Assembly (NCBI GenBank): GCA_965233585.1
Contig: CBDDTI010000295.1
Location: forward strand, 73,421 to 137,420
DNA from: a bacterium
GTDB lineage: Bacteria; SAR324; NAC60-12
DNA length: 64,000 bases
Reading direction: 5' to 3'
Below the pieces are notes generated by a model. That model was not told where the DNA came from. It worked only from the letters and a program-made list of their open reading frames with translations, and made no database searches. Below, in pieces: positions 9,371 to 21,029 of this stretch (position 1 is its first letter; each line of letters begins with the position of its first letter). Both the position numbers and the translations under genes were made by a program.

Positions 9371-12300
9371 ATGAGCGTGAGCTTTAAGAATAGACATCGT
9401 TTCCGCAATTCATTTGGAAATATCTCTACTTCTCTGGAGATGCCCCATTTGCTGAATCTTCAAACTGAATCGTATCAACAATTTTTACAACCTGACGTTC
9501 CCCCCACAGAAAGGAAAAGACAAGGTCTTGAGCAGGTCTTTCAAAGCATTTTTCCAATCAAAGACGTCAGTGAGACATGTATCTTGGATTATCGTCACTA
9601 CACCTTGGGTAAGCCTAAATACCATGCCAAGCAGTCTCGCACCAGAAGCGTCAGCTATTCTGCTCCTTTACGTGTGACTTTAAGACTTATCACGATGGAC
9701 AAGAACAATGCAGGAGTGATTCAAGACATCAAAGAACAAGAGCTTTATTTTGGAGACATTCCCTTGATGACAGACACAGGGTCGTTCATTATCAATGGAA
9801 CAGAACGTGTGATTGTAAGCCAAATGCACAAGAGTCCAGGAATCTTCTTTGCCCAAGAAAAATTACAGGCAGGTTCTACAAAACTTGCTTACACTGCAAG
9901 GATTATCCCCCAAAGAGGTTCTTGGATTGACTTCCAATACGATTCTAAGGAAATTTTTGCACGCATTGACCGACGACGTAAATTTCCTGCCACTGTTCTT
10001 CTACGTGCTATGGGGTATGAAGAACCAGAATTGTTAAGGAGATTTTATGAGATAGATGAGATTTTTTTGCAAGACGCTCATGGTCTCCCTAAAGAAGAGC
10101 AAAAATTTTTTAAAAAATTAAACCCAAAAACCCTACTGGGTCAACGAGCCTCTGCAGACATTACGTCACCAGATGGTTCAACTGTCTATGTCCGAGAAGG
10201 TCGCAAGATTACAAATAAGGCATTGTCTCAAATGCAAAGTAATCAACTTGAAAGGGTGCCAGCGCAGTATAATGACATCATCAACCTCTATACGCTCAGA
10301 GACATTTTTGACACGGAAGGCAAAGTGATTGTCAAAGGAAATACGCAAATTGGTGAAGAAGGACTTGAGAATCTGCTTGAGGCAGAAGTCAAAACAATAG
10401 AGGTGCTGTACATCAACCCCAAAATAGGTCCTGCCATGAGGGACACTCTTGCCTCTGATAAAATTGGCAGTATTGATATTGCTTTGCTGGATTTATACAA
10501 GAAGCTCAAACCCGGAGACCTTCCCACCATTGAAGCCTCTAAAAAACATTTAGAGACCCTGTTCTTTGACGACAGTCGCTACAATCTTTCACGCGTCGGT
10601 CGTATGAAACTGAATGACAAACTTGGTCTTAAGTACGATTTAAGTGACACTGTTTTGCACCATGATGATATTTTTGCAACACTTCATTATCTGATGTCTC
10701 TGAATGATTCAGGCATCATTGATGACATTGACCATTTAGGCAATAGGCGTGTGAGAAGTGTGGGGGAATTGCTGGAAAATCAATGCCGTATCGGACTGGC
10801 TCAAATGCAACGCACTGTCAAAGAAAGAATGAGTTTGCAAGAAAATGAAATCATGCTTTCAAACCTCATCAATGGCAAGCCACTGTCTGCAGCGTTACAC
10901 GACTTTTTTAGTGGAAGTCAACTTTCTCAATTCATGGACCAAACCAACCCTCTTTCTGAAATCACTCACAAAAGACGATTGAGTGCTTTGGGTCCGGGTG
11001 GTTTAACACGGGAGAGAGCAGGTTTTGATGTGCGAGATGTGCATGCTTCACACTATGGTCGGATTTGCCCCATTGAAACCCCAGAAGGACCAAACATTGG
11101 ATTGATTGCATCACTTGCCACTTACGCACGAGTCAATCCATTAGGATTTATTGAGACTCCATATCGCAAAGTGATAGAAGGCACAATTTCTGATGAAAGT
11201 CCAGAATATTTGACTGCCACACAAGAAGACCAACACTTTACTGCACAAGCCAACGCCCCGATTGACGAAGAAAGAAATCTGGTCAATCAGATGGTTTCTT
11301 CCAGAAAAGCAGGGAGCTATTCCATGATTCCCAAAAATCAAGTTGAATACATTGACACCGTTCCTTGTCAATTAGTTTCTGTGGCAGCATCATTGATTCC
11401 TTTTTTAGAACATGATGATGCTAACCGTGCTTTGATGGGGTCAAACATGCAGAGACAAGGTGTTCCGTTAGTCAGGACAGAAGCTCCTCTTGTTGGAACA
11501 GGAATTGAGTATAAAGTTGCAACAGACTCAGGCTCTTGTGTTGTTGCCAAACGTGCAGGTGTTGTGGAAAGTGTGGATTCTTCCCGTGTTGTTGTTCGTG
11601 TGGATTTTGACAAAAAAAGTAGAGATGAAAGTTACGAATTTTCAGACCTTGTTGACATTTATTATCTCACCAAGTTTGCACGTTCTAACCAAAACACATG
11701 TATCAATCAACGTCCCATTATCAAACAAGGTGATTATGTCAAAGTAGGTGATGTCATTGCTGATGGACAGAGTTCAGAACAAGGCGAGCTAGCATTGGGG
11801 CAAAATGTCTTGATTGCCTTTATGCCGTGGAATGGATTCAATTTTGAAGACTCCATCATGGTCTCCGAACGCCTGGTGCATGAAGACTACTACACTTCTG
11901 TTCATATTGAAGTCCACGATGCCGATGCAAGGGATACCAAACTTGGCAGAGAAGAGATCACTTGCGATATTCCAAATGTTTCTGAAGAAGCAACAAAAAA
12001 CCTTGATGAAAGTGGAATCGTCAGGATTGGTAGCTACGTCAAAGGGGGGGACATTCTTGTTGGTAAGGTTACCCCTAAGGGTGAGGCACAACCAACACCT
12101 GAAGAAAAATTACTTCGTGCTATTTTTGGCGATAAAGCAGGAGACGTTAGAGATACTTCTGTCAGACTACCCAGAAGTGCAGAAGGGGTCGTTACCGACG
12201 TCGTTGTCTTTAACCGTGAAGGTGTGGAAAGAGACCAACGTTCTAAAGAAATTGAACAAGAACAGTTGCGTCAGTATAAGCAAGATTATCACGATGAGTT

Positions 12301-13540
12301 GAAAATCATTCACCGTAACTTGTTGGAAGTCACTAAGTTTTTAATCGGTTGCAAACTTCAACAGGACATAGTTTCAGAATATGAAGAAACTCTTGCATCA
12401 CAAGGAGACAAAATCACCCAAGAGCTTTTAGAAAGCATTGTCTTTGCTAAAGAGAATCAAGACAATTCATCAATGACAGCATGGGAGTCTGTTCAAATTA
12501 AAAATGAGGAGTCAAACGAAAAACTTCAGGTCATTTTGGAAAGTCTCACGTCACAACGAGCATTATTGAAAAATGTGTTTGAGGATAAGTGTGAAAAAGT
12601 GGCAAAAGGTGATGACTTAAAGCCCGGTGTCATTCGCACCATCAAGGTTTATGTGGCAACAAAACGCAAACTATCGGTTGGCGATAAGATGGCAGGAAGG
12701 CATGGAAACAAAGGGGTTGTTTCAAAAATCCAACTACTTGCCAATATGCCTTATATGGAAGACGGAACTCCTATTGATATTGTCTTAAATCCTTTGGGTG
12801 TGCCATCTCGTATGAATGTCGGGCAGGTGCTTGAAACTCATTTAGGCTGGGCTGCCAGAGAATTGGGACAGCAACTTCAAAAATTCGTTCAAGACAATCA
12901 CCCCGTCAACCAAATCAAAAAGTTTATGAAAGATATTTATAGCTCCCCTCAAATGGACGACTATTTAAAACAGATGTCAGACCAAGACTTTGTGGAGTTT
13001 GCCAAAAAATATTTCAAAGGTGTTCACATGGCAACTCCTGTTTTTGACGGAGCGCATGAAGAAGATATTCACAGGATGCTAGACCTTGCAGGTCTGCCCC
13101 GTTCAGGACAGACCAGACTTTATGATGGGCTGACAGGTGAACCTTTTGACCAGAAGGTTACGGTGGGCTGTGCCTACATTCTCAAACTCCATCATTTAGT
13201 TGATGAAAAAATTCATGCACGTTCTATCGGTCCCTATTCTCTTATCACCCAACAACCTCTTGGGGGTAAGGCTCAATTTGGGGGACAACGATTTGGTGAG
13301 ATGGAGGTTTGGGCATTGGAAGCGTACGGTGCGGCTCACACACTCAAAGAGCTTTTGACAGTCAAATCTGATGATGTGCAAGGACGTAATAAAACCTATG
13401 AGGCGATTGTCAAAGGTCGGCATCACGTAGAGACAGGACTACCTGAAGCCTTTAAGGTTTTGAGCAGTGAGCTTAAAAGTTTAAGTCTCAATGTGGAATT
13501 GATAGATGAAGAAGAAATGGAACCCAGTCTTGAAGACTAA
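9371..13540 (+). CDS. rpoB: DNA-directed RNA polymerase beta subunit
   Basis: 1389 aa with canonical RpoB blocks ([64 protein letters not shown]). Confidence 0.97.
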   Translation: MSVSFKNRHRFRNSFGNISTSLEMPHLLNLQTESYQQFLQPDVPPTERKRQGLEQVFQSIFPIKDVSETCILDYRHYTLGKPKYHAKQSRTRSVSYSAPLRVTLRLITMDKNNAGVIQDIKEQELYFGDIPLMTDTGSFIINGTERVIVSQMHKSPGIFFAQEKLQAGSTKLAYTARIIPQRGSWIDFQYDSKEIFARIDRRRKFPATVLLRAMGYEEPELLRRFYEIDEIFLQDAHGLPKEEQKFFKKLNPKTLLGQRASADITSPDGSTVYVREGRKITNKALSQMQSNQLERVPAQYNDIINLYTLRDIFDTEGKVIVKGNTQIGEEGLENLLEAEVKTIEVLYINPKIGPAMRDTLASDKIGSIDIALLDLYKKLKPGDLPTIEASKKHLETLFFDDSRYNLSRVGRMKLNDKLGLKYDLSDTVLHHDDIFATLHYLMSLNDSGIIDDIDHLGNRRVRSVGELLENQCRIGLAQMQRTVKERMSLQENEIMLSNLINGKPLSAALHDFFSGSQLSQFMDQTNPLSEITHKRRLSALGPGGLTRERAGFDVRDVHASHYGRICPIETPEGPNIGLIASLATYARVNPLGFIETPYRKVIEGTISDESPEYLTATQEDQHFTAQANAPIDEERNLVNQMVSSRKAGSYSMIPKNQVEYIDTVPCQLVSVAASLIPFLEHDDANRALMGSNMQRQGVPLVRTEAPLVGTGIEYKVATDSGSCVVAKRAGVVESVDSSRVVVRVDFDKKSRDESYEFSDLVDIYYLTKFARSNQNTCINQRPIIKQGDYVKVGDVIADGQSSEQGELALGQNVLIAFMPWNGFNFEDSIMVSERLVHEDYYTSVHIEVHDADARDTKLGREEITCDIPNVSEEATKNLDESGIVRIGSYVKGGDILVGKVTPKGEAQPTPEEKLLRAIFGDKAGDVRDTSVRLPRSAEGVVTDVVVFNREGVERDQRSKEIEQEQLRQYKQDYHDELKIIHRNLLEVTKFLIGCKLQQDIVSEYEETLASQGDKITQELLESIVFAKENQDNSSMTAWESVQIKNEESNEKLQVILESLTSQRALLKNVFEDKCEKVAKGDDLKPGVIRTIKVYVATKRKLSVGDKMAGRHGNKGVVSKIQLLANMPYMEDGTPIDIVLNPLGVPSRMNVGQVLETHLGWAARELGQQLQKFVQDNHPVNQIKKFMKDIYSSPQMDDYLKQMSDQDFVEFAKKYFKGVHMATPVFDGAHEEDIHRMLDLAGLPRSGQTRLYDGLTGEPFDQKVTVGCAYILKLHHLVDEKIHARSIGPYSLITQQPLGGKAQFGGQRFGEMEVWALEAYGAAHTLKELLTVKSDDVQGRNKTYEAIVKGRHHVETGLPEAFKVLSSELKSLSLNVELIDEEEMEPSLED

Positions 13541-13583
13541 GGTTTTTCAAAAATAATAACACTCAAAAGCAAATAGGAAGCCT

Positions 13584-16500
13584 GTGGATACGAATCTTTT
13601 TGAACAAGAACATGCTACAAAAAGCAAGGCGTTACAGATCAAAGTTGCAACAACTGATGACGTCTTGTCTTGGTCTCATGGTGAAATCAAAACTTCTGAA
13701 ACAATCAATTATCGTACATTAAAGCCTGAACGAGATGGGTTGTTTTGTGCAAAAATCTTTGGTCCTACACAAGACTATGAATGTAATTGTGGCAAATACA
13801 AACGTATGAAACACAGAGGCATCACCTGTGAGAAGTGCGGAGTAGAAGTGATTTCATCAAAAGTCAGACGAGAACGTATGGGACACATCAAGTTGGCAAG
13901 CCCTGTGTCTCATATCTGGTTTTTAAAAGGAGTTCCAAGCCGTATTGGAACACTCTTGGATATGACTATGCGTGATTTAGAGGAGATTCTTTACTTCAAA
14001 GCCTACATTGTGGTCAACCCAGGAAGCTCTCCCTTCAAGGAACGAGAGATTGTTGATGAGTCAAAATACTATGAATTTTCAGAGCAATATCCTGATTTAG
14101 AATTGGGAATTGGTGCAGAGGCAATCCAAGTCTTACTGAAAAATTTAGACATTGATGAGTTACATGAATATCTCAGCATGGATTTGGCAGAAGCCTCATC
14201 AGAAGTTAGAAGAAAGCGAATTGTGAAACGTCTGAACATTGTCACTTATCTCAAAGAGTCCAATTCTGCCCCAGAGGCGATGATTTTAGAAGTCTTGCCT
14301 GTCTTACCCCCAGAGTTAAGACCACTTGTTCCACTAGAAGGTGGACGCTTTGCCACCAGTGACTTGAACGATTTATACAGACGGGTCATTCATCGCAACA
14401 ATCGCCTCAAGAGGCTCAAAGACCTCCGCGCTCCCATCATCATTGTTAAAAATGAGCAACGTATGTTACAAGAAGCTGTTGATGCTCTTTTAGACAATGG
14501 AAGACGAGGCTACCCCATCTTAGGCTCAAACAAACGTCCCCTTAAATCGTTGAGCGATATGCTCAAGGGTAAGCAAGGAAGGTTCAGGCAGAATCTGCTT
14601 GGAAAACGTGTGGACTATTCAGGCAGGACTGTTATCGTTGTTGGTCCTGATATGAAGTTGCATCAATGCGGACTACCTAAAAAAATGGCTCTTGAACTCT
14701 TCAAACCATTCATCTATCACAGACTCATTGACAATGACAAAGTCACCAGCATCAAGCAAGCCAAACAACTTTTGGAAAATAATGCCCCCGAAGTTTGGGA
14801 TATTTTAGAAAAAGTCATCATTGACCACCCTATTTTGTTGAACCGCGCACCAACACTACATAGGCTGGGAATCCAAGCATTTGAACCTGTTTTGATTGAA
14901 GGCAAGGCAATCCAACTGCATCCGCTAGTCTGCACTGCCTTTAATGCCGACTTTGACGGAGACCAAATGGCAGTGCATGTTCCACTTTCCATTGAAGCAC
15001 AACTTGAGGCAAAAATCCTCATCATGTCCACAAACAACCTCTTGTCCCCTGCCAATGGCAAGCCGCTTATGTCTCCAAGTCAAGATATTGTTTTGGGAAT
15101 GTACTGGATCACCACCGAGCAAGATGATTTAATCGGTCATGGAAAATGCTTTGCCAATTTTGACCAAGTGTCTGCTGCATACGATCATCAAAAAGTAGAG
15201 CTTCATACCAAAATCAAGGTGCGAATGGATGGTCAACTCACAGAAACCACTGTTGGTAGAATCTTACTTTTTCAAATCATTCCACCAGAAATTCCTTTCA
15301 GCTTAGTCAATCGTCAGCTGAACAAAAAACGTCTGGGCAATTTGATTGATATGGTTTATCGGCAAGTGGGAAGTGTCCGAACAGTCAAACTGCTTGACGA
15401 CATTAAAGCTCTTGGATACCGCTATGCAACGACTGCTGGTTTTTCTATCAGTATGGCAGATATGGTCTCGCCTCCCACAAAAGCGGAGCTTCTCAAGGCG
15501 GCTCAAGAAGAAGTAAACAAGGTCAATATTGAGTATCACAACGGTATCATCACAGATGGGGAACGTTACAATCAGGTCATTGACGTTTGGGCACGTGTTA
15601 CAGATAAAGTGGCAGAGGAAATGACCAAAGCCATTCAAAAACCAACTATGGAAGATGGGAAGAGAGTGTTCAATTCTATCTACATGATGGCAGATTCTGG
15701 TGCAAGAGGAAGTCAGCAGCAAATGAAACAGCTTGCAGGAATGCGTGGATTGATGGCAAAGCCATCAGGAGAGATCATTGAAACCCCCATCACTGCAAAC
15801 TTTCGTGAAGGGTTGAATGTCTTGCAATACTTCATCTCTACACATGGTGCAAGGAAGGGACTGGCTGACACAGCCCTCAAGACTGCAAATTCTGGTTACT
15901 TGACCAGAAGGCTGGTGGATATTGCCCAAGACTGTGTCATTCTTGAACATGATTGCGGCACACTTGATGGAATTGAAATGACTGCCTTGATTGAAGCAGG
16001 AGAAATTGTAGAAACTCTGGGTGAACGCATTTTGGGCAGAATCTCACAAGAAGACATTCCAGACCCTGATAACTCTGGTAGTTATATCATTCGCACAAGC
16101 GAAGAGATTACAGAAACGGTTGTTGAACAAATTGAAAAAGCTGGGGTTGAGAGAATCAATATCCGTTCTGCCTTAACTTGTATCAACGATCATGGTATTT
16201 GTCAGCTCTGCTACGGTCGTGATTTGTCACATGGGAGGATTATTAACTTAGGTGAAGCCGTTGGTGTGATTGCCGCACAAAGTATTGGTGAACCTGGCAC
16301 ACAATTAACCATGAGAACCTTCCACATTGGAGGTGCTGCAAGTCGTCTGGCAGAGCAAAACACTTGGGAGCCACGATTTAGCGGAATCTTAAAATTTGAA
16401 AACCTTAAAGAAGTTCGTAACAAAGACAACCAATACGTCGTCTCTGGAAGAAGAGGCTCTGCTTTGATTGTTGATGAACAGGGAAGGGAGAAAGACCGTC

Positions 16501-17675
16501 ATCCTCTACCCATTGGAGCTGTCTTGCTCAAAGAAGAAGGAGTTCATATTTCACAAGGTGAACGAGTGGCAGAGTGGGACCCGTTCTCTATTCCAATCCT
16601 CACAGACATTTCAGGATTTGTGAAATTTAAAGACATTGATGAAAATGAGACAATCAAGGAACAAGTAGATGAAGCCACAGGTTTAGCAAGGCAAGTCATT
16701 CAAGAATCGGCTAACCCTGAAAAACGACCTCATATTCTGATTCGTGATGACTCCGGAAAAGTTTTAAAAAATCAAAATGATGCACCTGCAAAGTTTTCTC
16801 TTCCAACTAAAGCAGAGTTAGTCGTTGTTGATGGTCAAGAAGTCCATGCAGGGTCTATTCTTGCAAAAATTCCACGAGAACTTGCCAAAAACAAAGACAT
16901 CACAGGGGGTCTCCCACGTGTTGCAGAATTGTTTGAGGCTCGTGTTCCCAAAGACCATGCCATTATCAGTGAAATTGACGGAGAGGTTGTTTTTGGGAAA
17001 GACATTAAGAAAAAACAACGCATTCTGATTAAGCCAGAAGATGAAAAGGGAGAATCCAAAGAATATCTCATCCCACTTGGAAGGCATATTACAGTGCAAG
17101 AAGGTGAATATGTTCGTGCTGGTGAGCCTTTGATTGATGGGTCTCCTAACCCCCATGACATTCTTGCCGTCAAAGGAGCGAAAGAATTGCAAAAATATCT
17201 TGTGGACGAGGTGCAAGAAGTCTATCGTCTGCAAGGAGTGGACATTAATGACAAACACATTGAAGTCATTGTGCGTCAAATGTTAAAGCAGGTTTCTATT
17301 CAATCTCCGGGTGAGTCTCCTTTGTTGATTGGACAAGTGATTTCAAGAGTCCAATTTAATCAGATGAATCGTGAATTGAGAGAACAGGGTAAAGAACAAG
17401 CAGTGTCTAAACCGATTTTGTTAGGAATTACCAAAGCCTCGCTAAGCACTGATTCCTTCATTTCTGCCGCATCCTTTCAAGAGACAACCAAAATTTTGAC
17501 CGATGCTGCGTTGGGGGGTAAATACGACACGTTTAGAGGACTCAAAGAAAATGTCATACTTGGTCGTCTGATTCCTGCAGGGACAGGATTCCAGCAATTC
17601 CAAGATGTGCAGTATCATTTGAAAGAAAAAAAGGACGCTGTTCCTCAGACACAACTTGAGAAGGCAGAAGTATGA
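13584..17675 (+). CDS. rpoC: DNA-directed RNA polymerase beta' subunit
   Basis: 1363 aa with a GTG start preceded by AGGAAG. Zn finger [20 protein letters not shown], catalytic NADFDGDQM, and trigger-loop/bridge-helix blocks are present. Confidence 0.97.
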   Translation: MDTNLFEQEHATKSKALQIKVATTDDVLSWSHGEIKTSETINYRTLKPERDGLFCAKIFGPTQDYECNCGKYKRMKHRGITCEKCGVEVISSKVRRERMGHIKLASPVSHIWFLKGVPSRIGTLLDMTMRDLEEILYFKAYIVVNPGSSPFKEREIVDESKYYEFSEQYPDLELGIGAEAIQVLLKNLDIDELHEYLSMDLAEASSEVRRKRIVKRLNIVTYLKESNSAPEAMILEVLPVLPPELRPLVPLEGGRFATSDLNDLYRRVIHRNNRLKRLKDLRAPIIIVKNEQRMLQEAVDALLDNGRRGYPILGSNKRPLKSLSDMLKGKQGRFRQNLLGKRVDYSGRTVIVVGPDMKLHQCGLPKKMALELFKPFIYHRLIDNDKVTSIKQAKQLLENNAPEVWDILEKVIIDHPILLNRAPTLHRLGIQAFEPVLIEGKAIQLHPLVCTAFNADFDGDQMAVHVPLSIEAQLEAKILIMSTNNLLSPANGKPLMSPSQDIVLGMYWITTEQDDLIGHGKCFANFDQVSAAYDHQKVELHTKIKVRMDGQLTETTVGRILLFQIIPPEIPFSLVNRQLNKKRLGNLIDMVYRQVGSVRTVKLLDDIKALGYRYATTAGFSISMADMVSPPTKAELLKAAQEEVNKVNIEYHNGIITDGERYNQVIDVWARVTDKVAEEMTKAIQKPTMEDGKRVFNSIYMMADSGARGSQQQMKQLAGMRGLMAKPSGEIIETPITANFREGLNVLQYFISTHGARKGLADTALKTANSGYLTRRLVDIAQDCVILEHDCGTLDGIEMTALIEAGEIVETLGERILGRISQEDIPDPDNSGSYIIRTSEEITETVVEQIEKAGVERINIRSALTCINDHGICQLCYGRDLSHGRIINLGEAVGVIAAQSIGEPGTQLTMRTFHIGGAASRLAEQNTWEPRFSGILKFENLKEVRNKDNQYVVSGRRGSALIVDEQGREKDRHPLPIGAVLLKEEGVHISQGERVAEWDPFSIPILTDISGFVKFKDIDENETIKEQVDEATGLARQVIQESANPEKRPHILIRDDSGKVLKNQNDAPAKFSLPTKAELVVVDGQEVHAGSILAKIPRELAKNKDITGGLPRVAELFEARVPKDHAIISEIDGEVVFGKDIKKKQRILIKPEDEKGESKEYLIPLGRHITVQEGEYVRAGEPLIDGSPNPHDILAVKGAKELQKYLVDEVQEVYRLQGVDINDKHIEVIVRQMLKQVSIQSPGESPLLIGQVISRVQFNQMNRELREQGKEQAVSKPILLGITKASLSTDSFISAASFQETTKILTDAALGGKYDTFRGLKENVILGRLIPAGTGFQQFQDVQYHLKEKKDAVPQTQLEKAEV

Positions 17676-18106
17676 CAAATTTGGGTTCAGATGCGTTTTG
17701 CTTTGAACAAAAATTTGATGTCCGTGATAGTGAGATTGATATGTTTGGTGTGGTCAACAATAGTGTCTATCTCATCTATCTACAACATACGAGGCACAGC
17801 TTTTTCAAGAGTCTGGGAATTGATTTGTCAGAGTTGGGAAACAGATCTTGGAACCCTGTTGTCACGAGGATTGACGTCAGGTATAAGAAGCCACTAACAA
17901 GTGGAGATTCCTTTGTGGTCAAGTTGGCTGTTGTTCAAATCAAACGGGTCAGGTTTCAATTCTTGCAAAAAATTTTTCTGCAAAATGCCTCTTCATCAGC
18001 TGAAGTTTTAGAAGCATTTATTGAAGGCACTGTCATTTCTCCAGAAGGGAGACCTGCTTTGCCCGAAAAGTTTCAAAAGTTAAGAGATTACATGATTCAA
18101 AAATAG
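17672..18106 (+). CDS. Acyl-CoA thioesterase, 4HBT/YbgC-like hotdog fold
   Basis: 144 aa. The N-terminal D..GVVNNSVYL.Y...R pattern is typical of the YbgC/4HBT family. The start overlaps the rpoC stop (ATGA). Confidence 0.7.
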   Translation: MTNLGSDAFCFEQKFDVRDSEIDMFGVVNNSVYLIYLQHTRHSFFKSLGIDLSELGNRSWNPVVTRIDVRYKKPLTSGDSFVVKLAVVQIKRVRFQFLQKIFLQNASSSAEVLEAFIEGTVISPEGRPALPEKFQKLRDYMIQK

Positions 18107-18123
18107 TTTGAATTAAAAAAGCG

Positions 18124-20028
18124 ATGTCTCGTCAATTTTTTATTACAACTCCCATTTACTACGTCAACAGTTGCCCCCATATTGGGCATGCCTATACGAC
18201 TGTGATTGCAGATATTTTTGCTCGCTACCACAAACTTTTTGGTCAAGACGTTTTTCTATTGACAGGCACAGATGAGCATGGGCAAAAAGTAGAAGAATCT
18301 GCAAAAAAAGCCAATACTTCTCCCCAAAAATTTGTTGATGCTGTTTCAAAAGAGTTTCAAGATTTATGGGGGTCTTTGGGGATTGAATATGATCAGTTTA
18401 TCCGCACTACAGAAGACTTTCATAAAAAGAGAGTGCAAGACGTCCTAGCACAACTTTATGAAGCTGGAGAGATTTTTTTCAAAGAATATGAGGGGTTGTA
18501 TTGTGTAGGGTGTGAACGTTTTTTAGATGCAGAAGAGTTGCAAGATGGGCTTTGTTCAGACCATCTTGTAGCACCTCAAGTGCATCGGGAAGAAAACTAC
18601 TTTTTCCGTATGAGTGCCTATCAAGATTGGTTGATAGAAACTATTCAACACAACCCCCAATGGATTTACCCTGAACAATACAAAAATGAAGTCTTAGGTT
18701 TTTTGAGAAGTCCATTGCAGGATTTATGTATCTCCAGACCAAAGTCCCGTGTTTCTTGGGGAATTGAGCTACCTTTTGACTCTCAATTTGTGACTTATGT
18801 TTGGTTTGATGCTCTTCTCAACTATCCTAACGCCCTTGGAAGTCCTGATGATGAACGTTTCCAAAAATTTTGGAAGGAAGCACATCATATCATTGGCAAA
18901 GACATTCTGAAAACGCATGCGATTTATTGGCCTTGCATGCTCAAAGCATCAGGATTCCCTATTTTCAAAAAATTAGTGGTGCATGGGCATTGGAATTGTT
19001 CAGGTTTGAAAATGAGCAAATCTTTAGGCAATGTCATTGACCCTTTGCAAATGCAAGCTCTGGTTGGGAGAGATGGATTGCGATTTTTTCTTGCAAGGGA
19101 CATGTCTTTCGGCAATGATGCTGTCTTCACTGAAGATTTATTGAGAAGCCGCTATAACGCAGACCTTGCAAATAATATTGGAAATTTAGTCAGCCGTGTT
19201 GTCAAACTTTCACAAAAATATTTTAAAAAATGCACTCCCATTCAGGGGGAAATTGGCACGTTAGAAAAACGTCTTGCTGATGATTTAAAAAAACAAGTGG
19301 TTCTAGTTCAAAGGCAGATTGACGATTTCAAATTGCATCAAGCAATAGAATCTATCACCGAAATGGGTGTTGCTATCAATAAATATTTAGATGAAACTAA
19401 GCCTTGGAAACTTGCTAAAACTCCTGAATGCCATGAACAACTTGGAACTGTACTTTATACAGCACTTGATGGCATTCGTCTTGTTGCCAATCTCCTTTCA
19501 CCTGTGATGCCACAAAAAGCGGCTGATCTTTTGGACTTACTTGGTGTTCAAACGGCAAATCGAGAGCAACTGACTTTAGGATTGTTGCAAGAAAACTTCA
19601 CATTAAAAGAGATTCCAAATCTTTTTCCAAGACTACCAAATCAAGAAACGGCACAAGAACCACCTACTCAAGAAGATCTTCAAAAGACAGACAAAACAGA
19701 CCCAGAAATTACAGTTGAAGATTTTGAACGTGTTGTGCTACAGGTAGGGCAGATTATTGACTGTCAAGTTGTGCCAAAAGCAAACCGTCTTTTACATTCC
19801 ACAGTAGATTTAGGAGAGCCTCACACCCGTTCCATTGTTTCAGGCATTGCAGAATACTACAAACCTGAAGAACTCATTGGGAAGTTAGTCGTGGTTGTCA
19901 GTAATTTAAAATCTGTCAAACTACGTGGTGTTTTGTCTCAAGGTATGTTACTATGTGCCATCTCTGACCGTGGAACAATTTTAATAGAGCCTCCTCCTCA
20001 TTCAGAAATAGGCTCAAAAATCCAGTAG
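18124..20028 (+). CDS. metG: Methionine--tRNA ligase with C-terminal tRNA-binding (Trbp111/EMAP-like) domain
   Basis: HIGH-type motif (PHIGHAYT), KMSKS motif (LKMSKSLGN), and a C-terminal OB-fold segment (VGQIIDCQVVPKANRLLHSTVDLGE). Confidence 0.95.
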   Translation: MSRQFFITTPIYYVNSCPHIGHAYTTVIADIFARYHKLFGQDVFLLTGTDEHGQKVEESAKKANTSPQKFVDAVSKEFQDLWGSLGIEYDQFIRTTEDFHKKRVQDVLAQLYEAGEIFFKEYEGLYCVGCERFLDAEELQDGLCSDHLVAPQVHREENYFFRMSAYQDWLIETIQHNPQWIYPEQYKNEVLGFLRSPLQDLCISRPKSRVSWGIELPFDSQFVTYVWFDALLNYPNALGSPDDERFQKFWKEAHHIIGKDILKTHAIYWPCMLKASGFPIFKKLVVHGHWNCSGLKMSKSLGNVIDPLQMQALVGRDGLRFFLARDMSFGNDAVFTEDLLRSRYNADLANNIGNLVSRVVKLSQKYFKKCTPIQGEIGTLEKRLADDLKKQVVLVQRQIDDFKLHQAIESITEMGVAINKYLDETKPWKLAKTPECHEQLGTVLYTALDGIRLVANLLSPVMPQKAADLLDLLGVQTANREQLTLGLLQENFTLKEIPNLFPRLPNQETAQEPPTQEDLQKTDKTDPEITVEDFERVVLQVGQIIDCQVVPKANRLLHSTVDLGEPHTRSIVSGIAEYYKPEELIGKLVVVVSNLKSVKLRGVLSQGMLLCAISDRGTILIEPPPHSEIGSKIQ

Positions 20029-20034
20029 ATTGCC

Positions 20035-20994
20035 ATGATGACCAGTGTTGCTGTCTTTTCACCTTATCAAGATCTTTTTCAACAGATCAATCAAGGATTG
20101 CCTTATCTTGTAGAATCCATAGATTTTGAGAAAGATTCTTTTGAACAAATCCACTATGACTTAACCATATTGGACATAGAGTTGTTGGATCAAAAGCTTT
20201 ACCCTAATTTTATGGAAAGATGGAGTCATCTTTTCAAAGAAAAACCCCTGCTTTTGGTGACCAGTGCTGTCCCTCAAGTAAAACACATAGAGATTGATAA
20301 CGTTTATGATTTCTTGTTCAAGCCTTTTAGCGACATTGAGTTAAATTTGAGAGTCAAGAGGATTTTAAACCCTGAATCTTTTCAAAGGCTTTCGCAGGAA
20401 TACACAAAATCCCGAGAACAAAATAAACAACTAGAGGAGACAAACATCTTCTTGAGACAATTAGTTGTCACTGATTCTTTGACGGGGGTTTCCAATCGAC
20501 GTTATTTGCTGGAACGTCTGGAAGAAGAATTTTTAGAAGCCCAACGACGGAAGAGACATATTAGCATGCTGATGATTGACATTGACTTTTTTAAAGATGT
20601 CAACGACAAGTATGGTCATCAGTGCGGGGATTATGTGTTAGCGGAATTTGCTGGTATCTTAAGAAAGAACGTAAGACGAAGGGAAGTTGTAGCACGTTAT
20701 GGAGGCGAGGAATTTGCGATCGCTTTGTTTGACACAGACCTTTCCTCTGCTATGTTGATTGCAGAACGTGTGCATCGGGACGTACGTAGCAAATTATTTG
20801 ACTATCAAGAAAGAACTTTACAAATCACTTGTAGTTTAGGGGTGTCGTCTTATCCCCAAATTTGTCCTGAACCTGATTGGAATCAACTTTTGCGTGCGGC
20901 TGATGCTGCACTTTATCGTGCAAAAAATACAGGTAGAGACAAAATTTGCTTGCCACCTGATTCTGCTCTCACCCCCACAGAATCAAAGGATTAA
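20035..20994 (+). CDS. Receiver-like domain / GGDEF diguanylate cyclase
   Basis: C-terminal GGDEF domain (DSLTGVSNRRYL, RYGGEEFAI, RAKNTGRDK). The N-terminal segment of about 120 aa resembles a CheY-like receiver. Confidence 0.85.
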   Translation: MMTSVAVFSPYQDLFQQINQGLPYLVESIDFEKDSFEQIHYDLTILDIELLDQKLYPNFMERWSHLFKEKPLLLVTSAVPQVKHIEIDNVYDFLFKPFSDIELNLRVKRILNPESFQRLSQEYTKSREQNKQLEETNIFLRQLVVTDSLTGVSNRRYLLERLEEEFLEAQRRKRHISMLMIDIDFFKDVNDKYGHQCGDYVLAEFAGILRKNVRRREVVARYGGEEFAIALFDTDLSSAMLIAERVHRDVRSKLFDYQERTLQITCSLGVSSYPQICPEPDWNQLLRAADAALYRAKNTGRDKICLPPDSALTPTESKD

Positions 20995-21029
20995 CAACCA
21001 TCCATCTTAACCAACACAAACTGATTGGA

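Noticed and set aside
9371-17675. Numerous nested or antisense ORFs inside rpoB and rpoC (e.g. 11814..12302, 15303..15722, 16818..17279)
   Set aside because: They lie entirely within strongly supported conserved genes, have no SD or family resemblance, and are of the size expected by chance in AT-rich sequence. The same reasoning applies to the nested ORFs inside polA, putA, fliD and the flagellin genes.
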